Below are positions 28,894 through 38,466 of a stretch of 64,000 bases of DNA, in pieces (positions within the stretch are counted from its first letter, which is position 1; every line of letters starts with the position of its first letter). Under the pieces are notes generated by a model that made no database searches, was not told the DNA's origin, and saw only the letters and a list, made by a program, of their open reading frames with translations. The DNA comes from Candidatus Magasanikiibacteriota bacterium (GTDB lineage Bacteria; Patescibacteriota; Patescibacteriia; Magasanikbacterales; 2-02-FULL-50-9b): NCBI GenBank assembly GCA_903893485.1, contig CAITMK010000008.1:10612-74611 (forward strand). Direction: 5' to 3'. The translations under genes and the position numbers were made by a program.

Positions 28894-30303
28894 TTAGCCT
28901 GCCAAACAAGCAGATTTGGTATACCGCCACGATGTCAGTGGGCAATTTTCTTTCGGAACAGGAATTGTACATGAACCAACGCCATTTGGTGTGGTTATGT
29001 GACAAAATATTTTATCCTGACAAAGCGCCGATGTTAATGCAATTGTGTTTGCACCACAAGACGAAGACGCTGCAGCTTTAGTCATGCTTGCACAATTATC
29101 TCCAGTAGGACTAAAAATAACCTGCGTTGAATCATTACTCATACAGTAATAGCCGGTTCCACTAAACTGACAATCTTGTGGACATGTCGCATTTGATTCA
29201 CTTGCACTACACGTGCCATCGCCACACGTATTCGCTGGAACTTGTATAACACCTCCGGTATCTGCATTACACACACTCTGTATCGAGTGTGGAACACCTC
29301 CAGCGGCTGCACAGGCTGATTTAGATACATACATACTGCATCCAACATAACTGCCAACCTGTTTTGTGCAATAGGTAAGATTCAAACAATCTAGCGTTGG
29401 CATTGTTTTGCCAGCAAGATCAGCCGAAACCTGAGCGTCACATTTTGTCTGCGCATCTGCAACGCTTACCGCATTAACCGGCTGTGTACCATACGCATAA
29501 CATGTCGCGGTAAAATCACCAAAAGTTTTTTCTTTGCAGAAGTATGTTGATGATCCGCCACTCCCTGTACCCGAACAATCGCTTGGGCAGCTAGTTACTG
29601 TTTCCGTAGCATCACACGTACCATTATTATTGCAAGTACCGTTTGCTGGTGGTGGAGTTAATACATTACCAGTGCCGGTGCCGGTTAAATCACACTTGCC
29701 GGCAACACCAGCCGCATCAACACCACAATTTGCATCTACACTACATGATTGTCCAGGTTTTTCCCCACCAATACAAGTTGGAAAAGGATTTGCATTTGTC
29801 TGACAATCAACCGGACAACTATCGACAGTTTCCCCGGTATCGCAAGTACCATTACCACAAACCGCTCCTGCGGCAACCGTTGTGGCGGTAGTATTACTAC
29901 TCGCCGTTCCCGAATTAATCGCTGGCGCGACCGTTGAAAATAAAAAGTTAGTAATAACATATGCCGCCATGACCAAAATAATACCGATTGTTGCGTCGAT
30001 AAGCGTATCACGACCTTCGCTAACCGATTTGGTATCGCCGTGTGCGGTCATCCAACGGAACCCACCATACACTGCAAAACCCAAAAACACCAAGCCGGTT
30101 AAACTAAGCGCGATGCCTAAAATATCACCGACCAAGGTTGGCAATGTTTTTTTGGTTGTAACAGCAGTGCTAAAAACGGTCGTGCTCTTAGCGGTTTCAT
30201 CGAGACCAAATGCATCTGCATGTGCCACAATCGGCATTGCGAAAGAAAACATGGTTAATGAAATTGCCAAGGGCGCCAAAATTTTTGCAAATAAACGTTT
30301 CAT
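28894..30303 (-). CDS. TrbC/VirB2-like pilin with long Cys-rich C-terminal extension
   Basis: YGGFRWMTAHGD motif; three C..GTC...E....CP.DC repeats. Confidence 0.85.
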   Translation of the reverse strand: MKRLFAKILAPLAISLTMFSFAMPIVAHADAFGLDETAKSTTVFSTAVTTKKTLPTLVGDILGIALSLTGLVFLGFAVYGGFRWMTAHGDTKSVSEGRDTLIDATIGIILVMAAYVITNFLFSTVAPAINSGTASSNTTATTVAAGAVCGNGTCDTGETVDSCPVDCQTNANPFPTCIGGEKPGQSCSVDANCGVDAAGVAGKCDLTGTGTGNVLTPPPANGTCNNNGTCDATETVTSCPSDCSGTGSGGSSTYFCKEKTFGDFTATCYAYGTQPVNAVSVADAQTKCDAQVSADLAGKTMPTLDCLNLTYCTKQVGSYVGCSMYVSKSACAAAGGVPHSIQSVCNADTGGVIQVPANTCGDGTCSASESNATCPQDCQFSGTGYYCMSNDSTQVIFSPTGDNCASMTKAAASSSCGANTIALTSALCQDKIFCHITTPNGVGSCTIPVPKENCPLTSWRYTKSACLAG

Positions 30304-30869
30304 AGAAAAAAATCATCCGGAAGTTTTGCTTCCGGATGATAGTATATCAAACTTTTTCGCTTTTTGACGAGACTTATACACCTTATGGTGTTGATGAGGC
30401 GGCAGCTCCGGGCGCAGCAGTATTAAGCGCGGGTGTGATGGTTGTAAAAAGATAATTCGTAACAATATAGGCGGACAAAACCAAAACGATACCAATCGAC
30501 GCATCGATCAATGTTTCGCGTCCTTCAGTGACTGATTTTGAATCGCCACGTGCAGTCATCCAGCGGAAGCCGCCGTATACCGCATAACCTAAAAATACCA
30601 AACCAACTAAACTTAAGGCAACACCTAAAATATCACCAACCAATGTTGGCAAAGATTTTTTAACCGTAACATCTTGTTTAAAAACACCCGAAGCATTTGC
30701 AGTTTGGTCTAAACCGTACGTATCGGCCTGCGCATGTGCCACCAGTGGTGCTGCCATTGTAAAAAATGTTAATGAAATTGCCAAGGGCGCCAAAATTTTT
30801 GCAGATAAACGTTTCATAGAAAAAAATCATCCGGAAGGGATCGCCTTCCGGATGATAGTATAGCAAACT
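30254..30869. repeat. ~100-bp direct repeat covering pilin 5' end and upstream hairpin (30254-30353 and 30768-30869)
   Basis: Shared GTTAATGAAATTGCCAAGGGCGCC...ATCATCCGGAAG-loop-CTTCCGGATGATAGTATA. Confidence 0.85.
30383..30817 (-). CDS. TrbC/VirB2-like pilin (close paralog of 28894-30303 N-terminus)
   Basis: YGGFRWMTARGDSKSVTEGRETL; near-identical signal peptide. Confidence 0.85.
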   Translation of the reverse strand: MKRLSAKILAPLAISLTFFTMAAPLVAHAQADTYGLDQTANASGVFKQDVTVKKSLPTLVGDILGVALSLVGLVFLGYAVYGGFRWMTARGDSKSVTEGRETLIDASIGIVLVLSAYIVTNYLFTTITPALNTAAPGAAASSTP

Positions 30870-30886
30870 GATTTGCTGTGGGGAAA

Positions 30887-31300
30887 TTAAACGCCTGTAA
30901 AACCCGTTGCGCCTGTAACATTCAAGAGTGAACCGATCACAAATGATGAAAGTGCGTAAGCAGACAAGATAATTACAAAGCCGATAACACCAGAAAGCAA
31001 AATGCCTTTTGCAGCATCTACATCCTTTTCGCTACCACCTGAGGTCATCCATTTAAAACCACCATAAATAACCAAAACGATTGCTACAACACCAAGAAGT
31101 GACAAGATAATCTTAATAACAGAACCAACGGTCTGGTATAAGTTGTTCTGACCAAGACCTGCATTCTGTGCGATGGTGTTAAGACCAAGATCGCCAGGAG
31201 CTGGTTGGCCGGTGCTCTGAGCAAAGGCTGGAGTAACAAATGCAGTTGCCATCATGGTAGCTGCGGTAATAAACGATGCGTATTTTGCAATGTGCTTCAT
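30887..31300 (-). CDS. TrbC/VirB2-like pilin (candidate major pilin)
   Basis: YGGFKWMTSGGSEKDVDAAKGILLSGVIG. Confidence 0.85.
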   Translation of the reverse strand: MKHIAKYASFITAATMMATAFVTPAFAQSTGQPAPGDLGLNTIAQNAGLGQNNLYQTVGSVIKIILSLLGVVAIVLVIYGGFKWMTSGGSEKDVDAAKGILLSGVIGFVIILSAYALSSFVIGSLLNVTGATGFTGV

Positions 31301-31338
31301 AAGAATAAATTAGATTGATGAAAGTATATCACAGATTA

Positions 31339-32184
31339 TCACTTGGGGATACAACATTTGCGATTTGGGCCACCAGAACACAAACCCGATTTGATAGTTG
31401 AGCTATTTGGACAATCAGCTTTTTGCATACATACGCCTGCCTTACCAGACGCTGGCTGATTACATTTTGAATCATCACCTGAGACGATCAACTTACATTC
31501 TGCGGTATTCAGTGCATATTTAGCGAGCGTACAATTTGTTTTTAAAATTTGAACACCGCAGTTAATACCATCCGCACAATAAATAAGATCATCACACTTG
31601 CCCACAGTTACCTGTCCACTATCAATGCCCGGCCACGCGGAGCATTGTGTTGCCGCATCATTATCATCAACGGCCGTAAGATTTGCTTCTTTAGAACCAT
31701 CATAACAACAATATGCAACTTTTGTAGGGCCGGTCGGCGCTGGCGTTACCGGTGGCGTTGGCAATCCAGTTGCCGCAGGTGGTGGAGCTGCTGCGGTGCC
31801 CGTTCCCGTGGTGTCACCTCCGGCCGTAAGATTCGTAAACAAAAAATTCAAAACCACGTACGCCGAGAACATGACCAAAATACCAACGGTAGACCAAATA
31901 AAAACCTGTTTTCCCTGCTCTACCTGTTTAGAATTACCCATGGAAGTCGTCCACAAAAAACCACCCCATACAAACATTGCAAGTGCAACTGAACCAACAA
32001 TACCAAATAAAGTGTTGATAATTATTTTTGCAATCGATTGCACCGGCGTCTTTTCGCTAACAGTATTGAGCAGCGGATTATAAAGTTTAACCGATGTGGC
32101 ATCCGCCGCATGAGCCAACATTGGCGTGCTTAATAATAAAAAAGCTCCGAAGGTAAGTAATATAAAGGAACGAAAAAATCGCAT
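31339..32184 (-). CDS. TrbC/VirB2-like pilin with Cys-rich C-terminus
   Basis: WGGFLWTTSMGNSKQVEQGK; Pro linker; C-terminal ...SGLCSGGPNRKCC. Confidence 0.85.
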   Translation of the reverse strand: MRFFRSFILLTFGAFLLLSTPMLAHAADATSVKLYNPLLNTVSEKTPVQSIAKIIINTLFGIVGSVALAMFVWGGFLWTTSMGNSKQVEQGKQVFIWSTVGILVMFSAYVVLNFLFTNLTAGGDTTGTGTAAAPPPAATGLPTPPVTPAPTGPTKVAYCCYDGSKEANLTAVDDNDAATQCSAWPGIDSGQVTVGKCDDLIYCADGINCGVQILKTNCTLAKYALNTAECKLIVSGDDSKCNQPASGKAGVCMQKADCPNSSTIKSGLCSGGPNRKCCIPK

Positions 32185-32188
32185 AGCC

Positions 32189-32551
32189 TTATGATAAACT
32201 TCCGAACAAAAAGTTCAGAATAATATATGAAGAGAACATGACCACAACACCGACGGATGCCCAAATAAAAATATGCTTTGCTTTATCCACTTGTTTGGAG
32301 TTGCCCATGGCGGTCATCCAAAAAAACCCAGCCACCACATACATAATCAAAGCGGCCGACCCGGTCAGACTAAAAATTACATTGATCACCATTTTTGAAA
32401 CAGACTGAACGGGTTTATCCAAAGAAACTGTTTTTGCAAGTGGGTTTTGAAGCGGTTCAACGACTTCACCCGCAGCGTGAACAAATAGTGGCGTACCAAA
32501 AAGTAGCAAAGTGCCAAAACTAAGTGCAGCGATATACTGAAAAAAACGCAT
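32189..32551 (-). CDS. TrbC/VirB2-like pilin
   Basis: AGFFWMTAMGNSKQVDKAK; paralog of 31339-32184. Confidence 0.85.
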   Translation of the reverse strand: MRFFQYIAALSFGTLLLFGTPLFVHAAGEVVEPLQNPLAKTVSLDKPVQSVSKMVINVIFSLTGSAALIMYVVAGFFWMTAMGNSKQVDKAKHIFIWASVGVVVMFSSYIILNFLFGSLS

Positions 32552-32590
32552 AGTAAAATCAGTATATCTTTTTTTTTAGAAATTGACTAC

Positions 32591-33400
32591 TTACTGAGCA
32601 GGCAAACAACACTGCACCGTCGCAGCTCCCGGACAAAGTCCAGATGCAAAGGCGCCATTGCCTCCATTACATGGGGAGCTATTGGATGTACAAGTTCCGC
32701 CAAGTTTTCCGCAAAGCGTGGTTTGTGCCGCAGCCTTTGTTGGAAAACAACATTTTTTACCAGTTGCACACGCGCCATCAATCAAAGTACCAGGACATGT
32801 TGCCGTTGAAACACAATTATTATCAGTTCCCGTAAGAAAACTACATTGCGCGTCGGCAGTGACGCCTGTCATTGGAACAGAAATTGCATAAGATTGTGCG
32901 GCACCTCCACCCGCAGCACCGGCCGCAGCTGCAGGACCAGATGCTTTCGGCAAAAATTGATCCCCTTCTGAACCGACAAATGTTTTTATACCGTATGCAA
33001 TTATTGTATAGGAAGAAAACAAAATAATTAAACCAATAACGCCAGAAACCATTAAATCTATACCCTTTGAAACCATTTTCGAATTACCAGCAGACATTAC
33101 AAAATAAAAACCGCCAACCACAAAGACAACTAATGCCACCGCACCGGAAATGCCAAGCATAAAATTGCCAATGCGCGCCATAACTGATTTCACATCGCCG
33201 AGCGAATAGTCGCGGCTTGCACCATCCTTACATGGTTGCCCAAGCGGCGTGGTTACCGTAGTGCCAGATGCATAATCTTCGGGGCAACGACCAGTTGGAT
33301 CAGGAATTAAACCTGCAGCATGAACAGGCGTTGCGTAAAGCAAGCCGCCCATACAAGCCAATATCGCATAAGTTGCAAAAATCAATTTGGCGCGGATCAT
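32591..33400 (-). CDS. TrbC/VirB2-like pilin with two six-Cys modules
   Basis: GGFYFVMSAGNSKMVSKG; C-terminal GGTC...SGLCPG...QCC. Confidence 0.85.
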   Translation of the reverse strand: MIRAKLIFATYAILACMGGLLYATPVHAAGLIPDPTGRCPEDYASGTTVTTPLGQPCKDGASRDYSLGDVKSVMARIGNFMLGISGAVALVVFVVGGFYFVMSAGNSKMVSKGIDLMVSGVIGLIILFSSYTIIAYGIKTFVGSEGDQFLPKASGPAAAAGAAGGGAAQSYAISVPMTGVTADAQCSFLTGTDNNCVSTATCPGTLIDGACATGKKCCFPTKAAAQTTLCGKLGGTCTSNSSPCNGGNGAFASGLCPGAATVQCCLPAQ

Positions 33401-34827
33401 AGCGTGTCATTTAATCGCACCTGCGCACGATTTACCGCTTTCTGATAAATATCAGTTTCGGTTACGTTTGGATCTGGGTTTGCAAGCTGCGCACGAGCTT
33501 CTTCGATCATATCCGTTAAAATGGTTTGGGCTGCCGCGCTATTTTTACCGTGATACCAAGAGCGCGCCGTAAGATTTTGTTTTGCAAAAGCGCCGAGCTC
33601 AATATCATCTTGCTGTGTTTGAATAATTTCATTCAACGCTGATGTGCGATGCGTTGCGGCCAAATATTTAGTCAACGCGTCTTTATTAGTCGCGGTCTCC
33701 AAAATAAATAACCAAGCGGCATCAGCATTTTTTGATTTTTTAGAAACACCTTCCATCCAATAATTTGCAAGATTAAGCGGCGTGTCACCAACACGTGGAG
33801 TTGGCAGTAGAGCAACTTCAAAATTTAAACGTGGATTTTGAGCCTTAACTGTTGCCATGTCATATGAATAGCCTAGGTAATATGCAACGCGGCCCTGAGT
33901 AAATGCCGCAAGCCCATCACCCATAGTCGGATTCCAGGTGTATGCCTTTTTTGCAGGATTGCCAAAATCCATATAAAAGTGAAGTGCGGCGCCCGCTGGC
34001 GTTTCTTCTTGTGGATTTTGATTTGCTGGAGCAGCGGCAAAAGTAATATTATGTGCGGCGTCAGAAAGTTGCGCACCATTTTGCATCATAAGCGCCAAAA
34101 CAATATCACCCGCAACATGCACGTTTGTGCCAGTTCCCATCGGAATGATCGATTGGGTAATTTTATTATCCGTTGCGCTGATCTTAGTAAGTTTTTCAGC
34201 TTGCGCACGAATCGTTCCCCAATCGGCAGCTGGAGCAGTTACTCCATTTTGTGCAAGCAAGTCGCGATTGAAATACAACGCGAGCGTGTCTACATAAAAT
34301 GGAAGGGCAAAAATACTTTTTTGCGTTGAGGTTGCCGCGGTGGGCAGTGCCATTGAGTCATCTTCAACAACGCGCACAAACTGATCACGCATTTGTTTTA
34401 AGGTAAGCCCTGGGCGTGACTGCATGGAAACCTGTGTTGATGCATTAATACCGCTACCCGTTGTTGTGAAAACGGGATACGAAAGTGTTGTTGGCATTGG
34501 CGCTAAGCGCAACTTATATCCTTCGACCCAATCATTGTGAATGGTGAATAAATCTGGGCCGCGATCTTCTGCGAATGCTTGAAGCAATGCCTGTTCATAT
34601 TCTTCAGGGCGAAACTTACGATATTGAATCGTAATGTTTGGGTGTTTCGCCTGAAACGCTTTAATCAAAATTTGCATCTGGTCCGAGTCAGTAAACACGC
34701 CCCAATATTGGAGCGTGATTGGTTTAGCCTGAGCTGCTGGAACCGCAGGAGCAGAACTTGAACAACCAAGACCAGTTAATGTAAGCATCGCACCAAGTAC
34801 AAAGATCGAAAAAACGCGTTTAAACAT
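33397..34827 (-). CDS. Extracellular solute-binding lipoprotein
   Basis: Lipobox LTGLGC; LQYWGVF, GPDLFTIHNDW, DTLALYFNRD, AAWLFI. Confidence 0.88.
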   Translation of the reverse strand: MFKRVFSIFVLGAMLTLTGLGCSSSAPAVPAAQAKPITLQYWGVFTDSDQMQILIKAFQAKHPNITIQYRKFRPEEYEQALLQAFAEDRGPDLFTIHNDWVEGYKLRLAPMPTTLSYPVFTTTGSGINASTQVSMQSRPGLTLKQMRDQFVRVVEDDSMALPTAATSTQKSIFALPFYVDTLALYFNRDLLAQNGVTAPAADWGTIRAQAEKLTKISATDNKITQSIIPMGTGTNVHVAGDIVLALMMQNGAQLSDAAHNITFAAAPANQNPQEETPAGAALHFYMDFGNPAKKAYTWNPTMGDGLAAFTQGRVAYYLGYSYDMATVKAQNPRLNFEVALLPTPRVGDTPLNLANYWMEGVSKKSKNADAAWLFILETATNKDALTKYLAATHRTSALNEIIQTQQDDIELGAFAKQNLTARSWYHGKNSAAAQTILTDMIEEARAQLANPDPNVTETDIYQKAVNRAQVRLNDTL

Positions 34828-34828
34828 A

Positions 34829-35713
34829 TTAGATTTTGAGATCTCGCAAATATTTTGCAAAATCGGCACCAACTTTTGGATGTTTTAAGCCAAAAGCGAT
34901 GGTGGTTTTAAGATAGTTGAGCGGATCACCTGTAGTATACCAGGTTCCATCGATTGCTTTCGCATACACTGGTTTCTTTTTGGCAATAGTCATGAGCGCG
35001 TCCGTAAGCCAAAGTTCATTATCTTTACCCAAAGACTGTTTTGCCAAAATATCTACAACTTCTGGAGTCAAAACAAAACGGCCAAACTGTGCCAAGTTGC
35101 TTGGAGCGGTACCTGGATTTGGTTTTTCAATAACGGTTTCCAAACGCATTGCGCCATGTAGCATTTTTGCTCCCTTTTTTGGTTTTACCACACCGTACAA
35201 GTGCAAAACTTCCGGTGGCATTTCTTGAACGCCAATAATTGCTGCTGGATGACCTAATTTTTCGTAGGTTTGGATGAGCTGTTTGGTTGCACTTACCTTT
35301 GAATCAACCACGTCATCAGGAAAAACGTACACAAATGGTTCATCGCCAATCAAATTGCGCGCCGCCAAAAGTGGCGTACCGTTGCCGTATGGCATGTCGC
35401 GCGTTTGGCGCACATAATAAAAATGGGCCAAATTGTTGATGTCTTTAAGAAGTTGGAGTTTGTCTTTTTTGCCGGTAGCTTCGAGCTGGCGTTCAAGGTT
35501 TACATTACTATCGAAGTGGTCCTCAATCATGTGATTGCCCTGGCGCGTCACAAAAATAATATCTGTAATACCAGCTGCAACTAATTCTTCCACAACATAT
35601 TGCACCGTTGGCTTGTCCACGATTGGCAACATTTCCTTTGGCTGAGCCTTTGTCGCAGGCAAAAAACGGGTTCCGTATCCGGCAACCGGGATAATAGCTT
35701 TAGTAATTTTCAT
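34829..35713 (-). CDS. galU: UTP--glucose-1-phosphate uridylyltransferase
   Basis: KAIIPVAGYGTRFLPATKAQPKEMLPIVDKP, IEKP, ELWLTDA. Confidence 0.93.
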   Translation of the reverse strand: MKITKAIIPVAGYGTRFLPATKAQPKEMLPIVDKPTVQYVVEELVAAGITDIIFVTRQGNHMIEDHFDSNVNLERQLEATGKKDKLQLLKDINNLAHFYYVRQTRDMPYGNGTPLLAARNLIGDEPFVYVFPDDVVDSKVSATKQLIQTYEKLGHPAAIIGVQEMPPEVLHLYGVVKPKKGAKMLHGAMRLETVIEKPNPGTAPSNLAQFGRFVLTPEVVDILAKQSLGKDNELWLTDALMTIAKKKPVYAKAIDGTWYTTGDPLNYLKTTIAFGLKHPKVGADFAKYLRDLKI

Positions 35714-35728
35714 AGCGACGCCAGTATA

Positions 35729-36679
35729 TCACTGGTTGCCGCGACTGTGAAATTTGTCATGAATCTTCTTCAACTGCGGATCCGTCACGTGCGTATACAC
35801 CTGCGTCGTGGTAATTGAAGCATGTCCAAGCATCACCTGCACCGAACGAATGTCTGCGCCGTTGTGTAATAAATCAGTTGCAAATGAATGGCGCAAAACG
35901 TGCGGCGTAATTTTTTTCATGATGCCGGCAACGTGCGCATATTTTTCTACCATGCGTTGCACGCTACGCGGCGTTAATCCTTCCATCACTTTTTTACTCG
36001 TTTTTTCTTTTTCACGGCTCGCGTGCGCGCGATCATGATTCGCAAATAAAAATGGCGACATATCGCGGCGCAACTGCAAATATTTTTTCACCCAATCGCG
36101 CGCTTCAGGTGATACAAAAACCACGCGACGTTTTTTTCCTTTACCAAGCACACCAATTTCTCCACGCGTTAATTCCACGTCATCGCGACGCAACCCCGTT
36201 AATTCTGAAACACGAAGTCCAGTTGAAAATAACAATTCAATTATTGCCCGATCGCGCGCCGCAATTAAATCCGATTCTCCACTTTGCTGTGGCGCCGCCA
36301 AAAATCGTTTTAATTCATCACCCGACAAAAAAGAAACCGTGCGCTGCGGCATTTTACCAAGTTCAACTCGCTCTGCAGCAAGCGTCACAATTTCACGCTT
36401 CGATAAATATTTTAAAAAACTACGTACGGCAATTAAATGATAATTTTGCGTTGATGCGCCAAGTGACTGCCCCTGTTCATCGGTATATCGATGCAACCAC
36501 AAACGAAATTGACGCACCCCTTCGTAAGTAATCTGATCGACATTCGGCCGTTTGTTGGTGACAAAAAATTTTGTAAAGCGGCGCAAATATAATTCGTAAT
36601 TTCGGCGCGTCAGAAGTGATCGATTTTTTTCAATTTCCAAATAATCTAAAAAATCATGCACCGCGATTTCAATGCGCAT
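35729..36679 (-). CDS. XerC/XerD-type tyrosine recombinase
   Basis: TGLRVSEL, GKGKKRRVV, TPHVLRHSFATDLL, LGHASITTTQVY. Confidence 0.92.
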   Translation of the reverse strand: MRIEIAVHDFLDYLEIEKNRSLLTRRNYELYLRRFTKFFVTNKRPNVDQITYEGVRQFRLWLHRYTDEQGQSLGASTQNYHLIAVRSFLKYLSKREIVTLAAERVELGKMPQRTVSFLSGDELKRFLAAPQQSGESDLIAARDRAIIELLFSTGLRVSELTGLRRDDVELTRGEIGVLGKGKKRRVVFVSPEARDWVKKYLQLRRDMSPFLFANHDRAHASREKEKTSKKVMEGLTPRSVQRMVEKYAHVAGIMKKITPHVLRHSFATDLLHNGADIRSVQVMLGHASITTTQVYTHVTDPQLKKIHDKFHSRGNQ

Positions 36680-37763
36680 ATGCCATTTCAGATTCATCAA
36701 TGAGCGCCGCAAGCGCGCGATGTGGATCTTCTATTGCGCCATCAATCCATGCACGAATAAATTCTGCATTGATAACGGTATGGGGTGTCGCATCAATAAT
36801 TTTTTCAAATTCTGCAGCCGCAATCCAAACACGTATTTCGAGCGCACTATGCGCCGCAACTAATAATGAATATTTTTCGCCCGCATTTTTTTGCGCATCA
36901 TGCATCGCGCGCGTTACCAGCGCCAACTGAAAAGCCGCTTTTTCTAAATTTCGAAGCGCGACTTCCCCGCGCTGCGCACCAGTTGTATAACCTATTTCTG
37001 GCGCATTACGTTGAACAAAAGGATGCCGTCCCGAAATAATTGGTAACGGCCCATCGAAAAGCGCTGCATGATTTGGATGTAAAATTTTAGCACTAAATTC
37101 ATTATTTTTTCTACTCAGGGCAATCAAATCATCAGAAAAATCTACATCTTTTTTTTCAAAATTTTCAGTATGTATATAAGGAAGCAATTTCCCTACCGTT
37201 TTTAAACCTGAACTTGTACTTACAAAAACAGAACCGTCCAAATTTATTAAAATATCTTTTTCACCTGGTTGCAATGTTCGCACACCACTCGGTGTAGCGT
37301 ATTGAAATGGCTGTTCTGCAGAAAATTTTTTAAGTCTTCCGACATATTGCGCACGCGCCTTCCAAAAAATGCCTGCACTACGCAAAAGTTTTACTACAAA
37401 GCCCGCGGGCGTAATAAAAATATTTTTTTCTTGCGGCATTATTTTTTCTCGCCCTACCGCATCAAGCATGGTCCGATCAAAAATTTCTTCTTGTATAATC
37501 TCACCTGCTGAATTAATTTTTCCCGCATATTCAAAATTAAATCCGTTCCAATTGTGGATTGCTTGCGGTATCGCCTCTTTGTACGCAACACGGCAAGTAG
37601 GAATACCCGCATCATCATAACAAATAACCGCATCGATGCGTCCATGCTGAGGCGAAAAAATAAATCGATGTTTTGCATCAGATTGTTCTAAAAGGCCAGG
37701 CTGTGGCCCATCCCATTTAGTTTGTGGAGGTTGTAAAGCAACTGTTGAAAGCATGTCATGCAT
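36669..37763 (-). CDS. Hypothetical protein
   Basis: 364-aa ORF whose end overlaps the xer start; no recognisable motif. Confidence 0.75.
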   Translation of the reverse strand: MHDMLSTVALQPPQTKWDGPQPGLLEQSDAKHRFIFSPQHGRIDAVICYDDAGIPTCRVAYKEAIPQAIHNWNGFNFEYAGKINSAGEIIQEEIFDRTMLDAVGREKIMPQEKNIFITPAGFVVKLLRSAGIFWKARAQYVGRLKKFSAEQPFQYATPSGVRTLQPGEKDILINLDGSVFVSTSSGLKTVGKLLPYIHTENFEKKDVDFSDDLIALSRKNNEFSAKILHPNHAALFDGPLPIISGRHPFVQRNAPEIGYTTGAQRGEVALRNLEKAAFQLALVTRAMHDAQKNAGEKYSLLVAAHSALEIRVWIAAAEFEKIIDATPHTVINAEFIRAWIDGAIEDPHRALAALIDESEMAYAH

Positions 37764-37805
37764 TATAGCAAGAAATACTTTTTACGCCCATGAAATAAAA
37801 AACGA

Positions 37806-37821
37806 TGGTGGACCTCACCGG
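37806..37821 (-). repeat. Degenerate duplicate of tRNA-Ala 3' end (att-like scar)
   Basis: Minus strand CCGGTGAGGTCCACCA vs tRNA end CCGGTAGGGTCCA. Confidence 0.5.
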
Positions 37822-37947
37822 ACCAAGTTCGGACTCTGATTGAGAAGGCGGTACTGTTCGGACTAGATGAGAAGTGGAAGAAAAGAGCTAACTCTAGGCT
37901 AGGAATATTCAAAAAGCAGAGAAGAAAATGACCCTAATCCGGCAATA

Positions 37948-38020
37948 TGGACCCTACCGGAATTGAACCGGTCGCCTCTTCCATGCCATGGAAGCGCTCT
38001 ACCAAATGAGCTAAGGGCCC
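37948..38020 (-). tRNA. tRNA-Ala(GGC)
   Basis: GGGCCCTTAGCTCATTTGGTAGAGCGCTTCCATGGCATGGAAG...GGTTCAATTCC cloverleaf. Confidence 0.95.
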
Positions 38021-38065
38021 AAGAACGCAAAAATAATAACATTCACTTTTTAAAATGTAAAGAAA

Positions 38066-38335
38066 TTATTGTTTGGGAGCACCGCTTATGCGTATTGCTC
38101 GTCGATCAAGAGATAAGATTTGATCTTCAGCATCTTGATATGGTTCTTTTTTTATTAAGAATTTATTCGCAATACGTTCAGCCTTTACCGATTGAGAGGC
38201 GTGCCCCGTATTACTTATCTGTTTTTTATACTTTTTATTTGAAAATTGAAATGGAGCAAGCAAATGAATCGCAAGCCTGCTTAGAAAGCTGTTTTCAACT
38301 TTATTCAGCTGTTTTAATGTGCATTTTTCTTTCAT
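38066..38335 (-). CDS. Small basic hypothetical protein
   Basis: TATACT 7 nt before ATG (native pattern); 89 aa, Lys-rich. Confidence 0.5.
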   Translation of the reverse strand: MKEKCTLKQLNKVENSFLSRLAIHLLAPFQFSNKKYKKQISNTGHASQSVKAERIANKFLIKKEPYQDAEDQILSLDRRAIRISGAPKQ

Positions 38336-38353
38336 GAAGTTCAGTATAGCATT

Positions 38354-38384
38354 TGTGCATAACTGTTGATAACTTTGGGGATAA
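38354..38384. promoter_or_regulatory. Cluster of three one-mismatch DnaA boxes
   Basis: TGTGCATAA 38354-62, TGTTGATAA 38364-72, TGGGGATAA 38376-84. Confidence 0.55.
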
Positions 38385-38466
38385 AGCTGTGATTTCTGTG
38401 TGTAAATACTGTTGAAAGTGTGATATAGTTCTATTTGATAACAATAATATATACATTTTTACTTTA

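Noticed and set aside
37963-38337. ORFs overlapping tRNAs (also 50800-51000)
   Set aside because: Antisense translations of tRNA genes.
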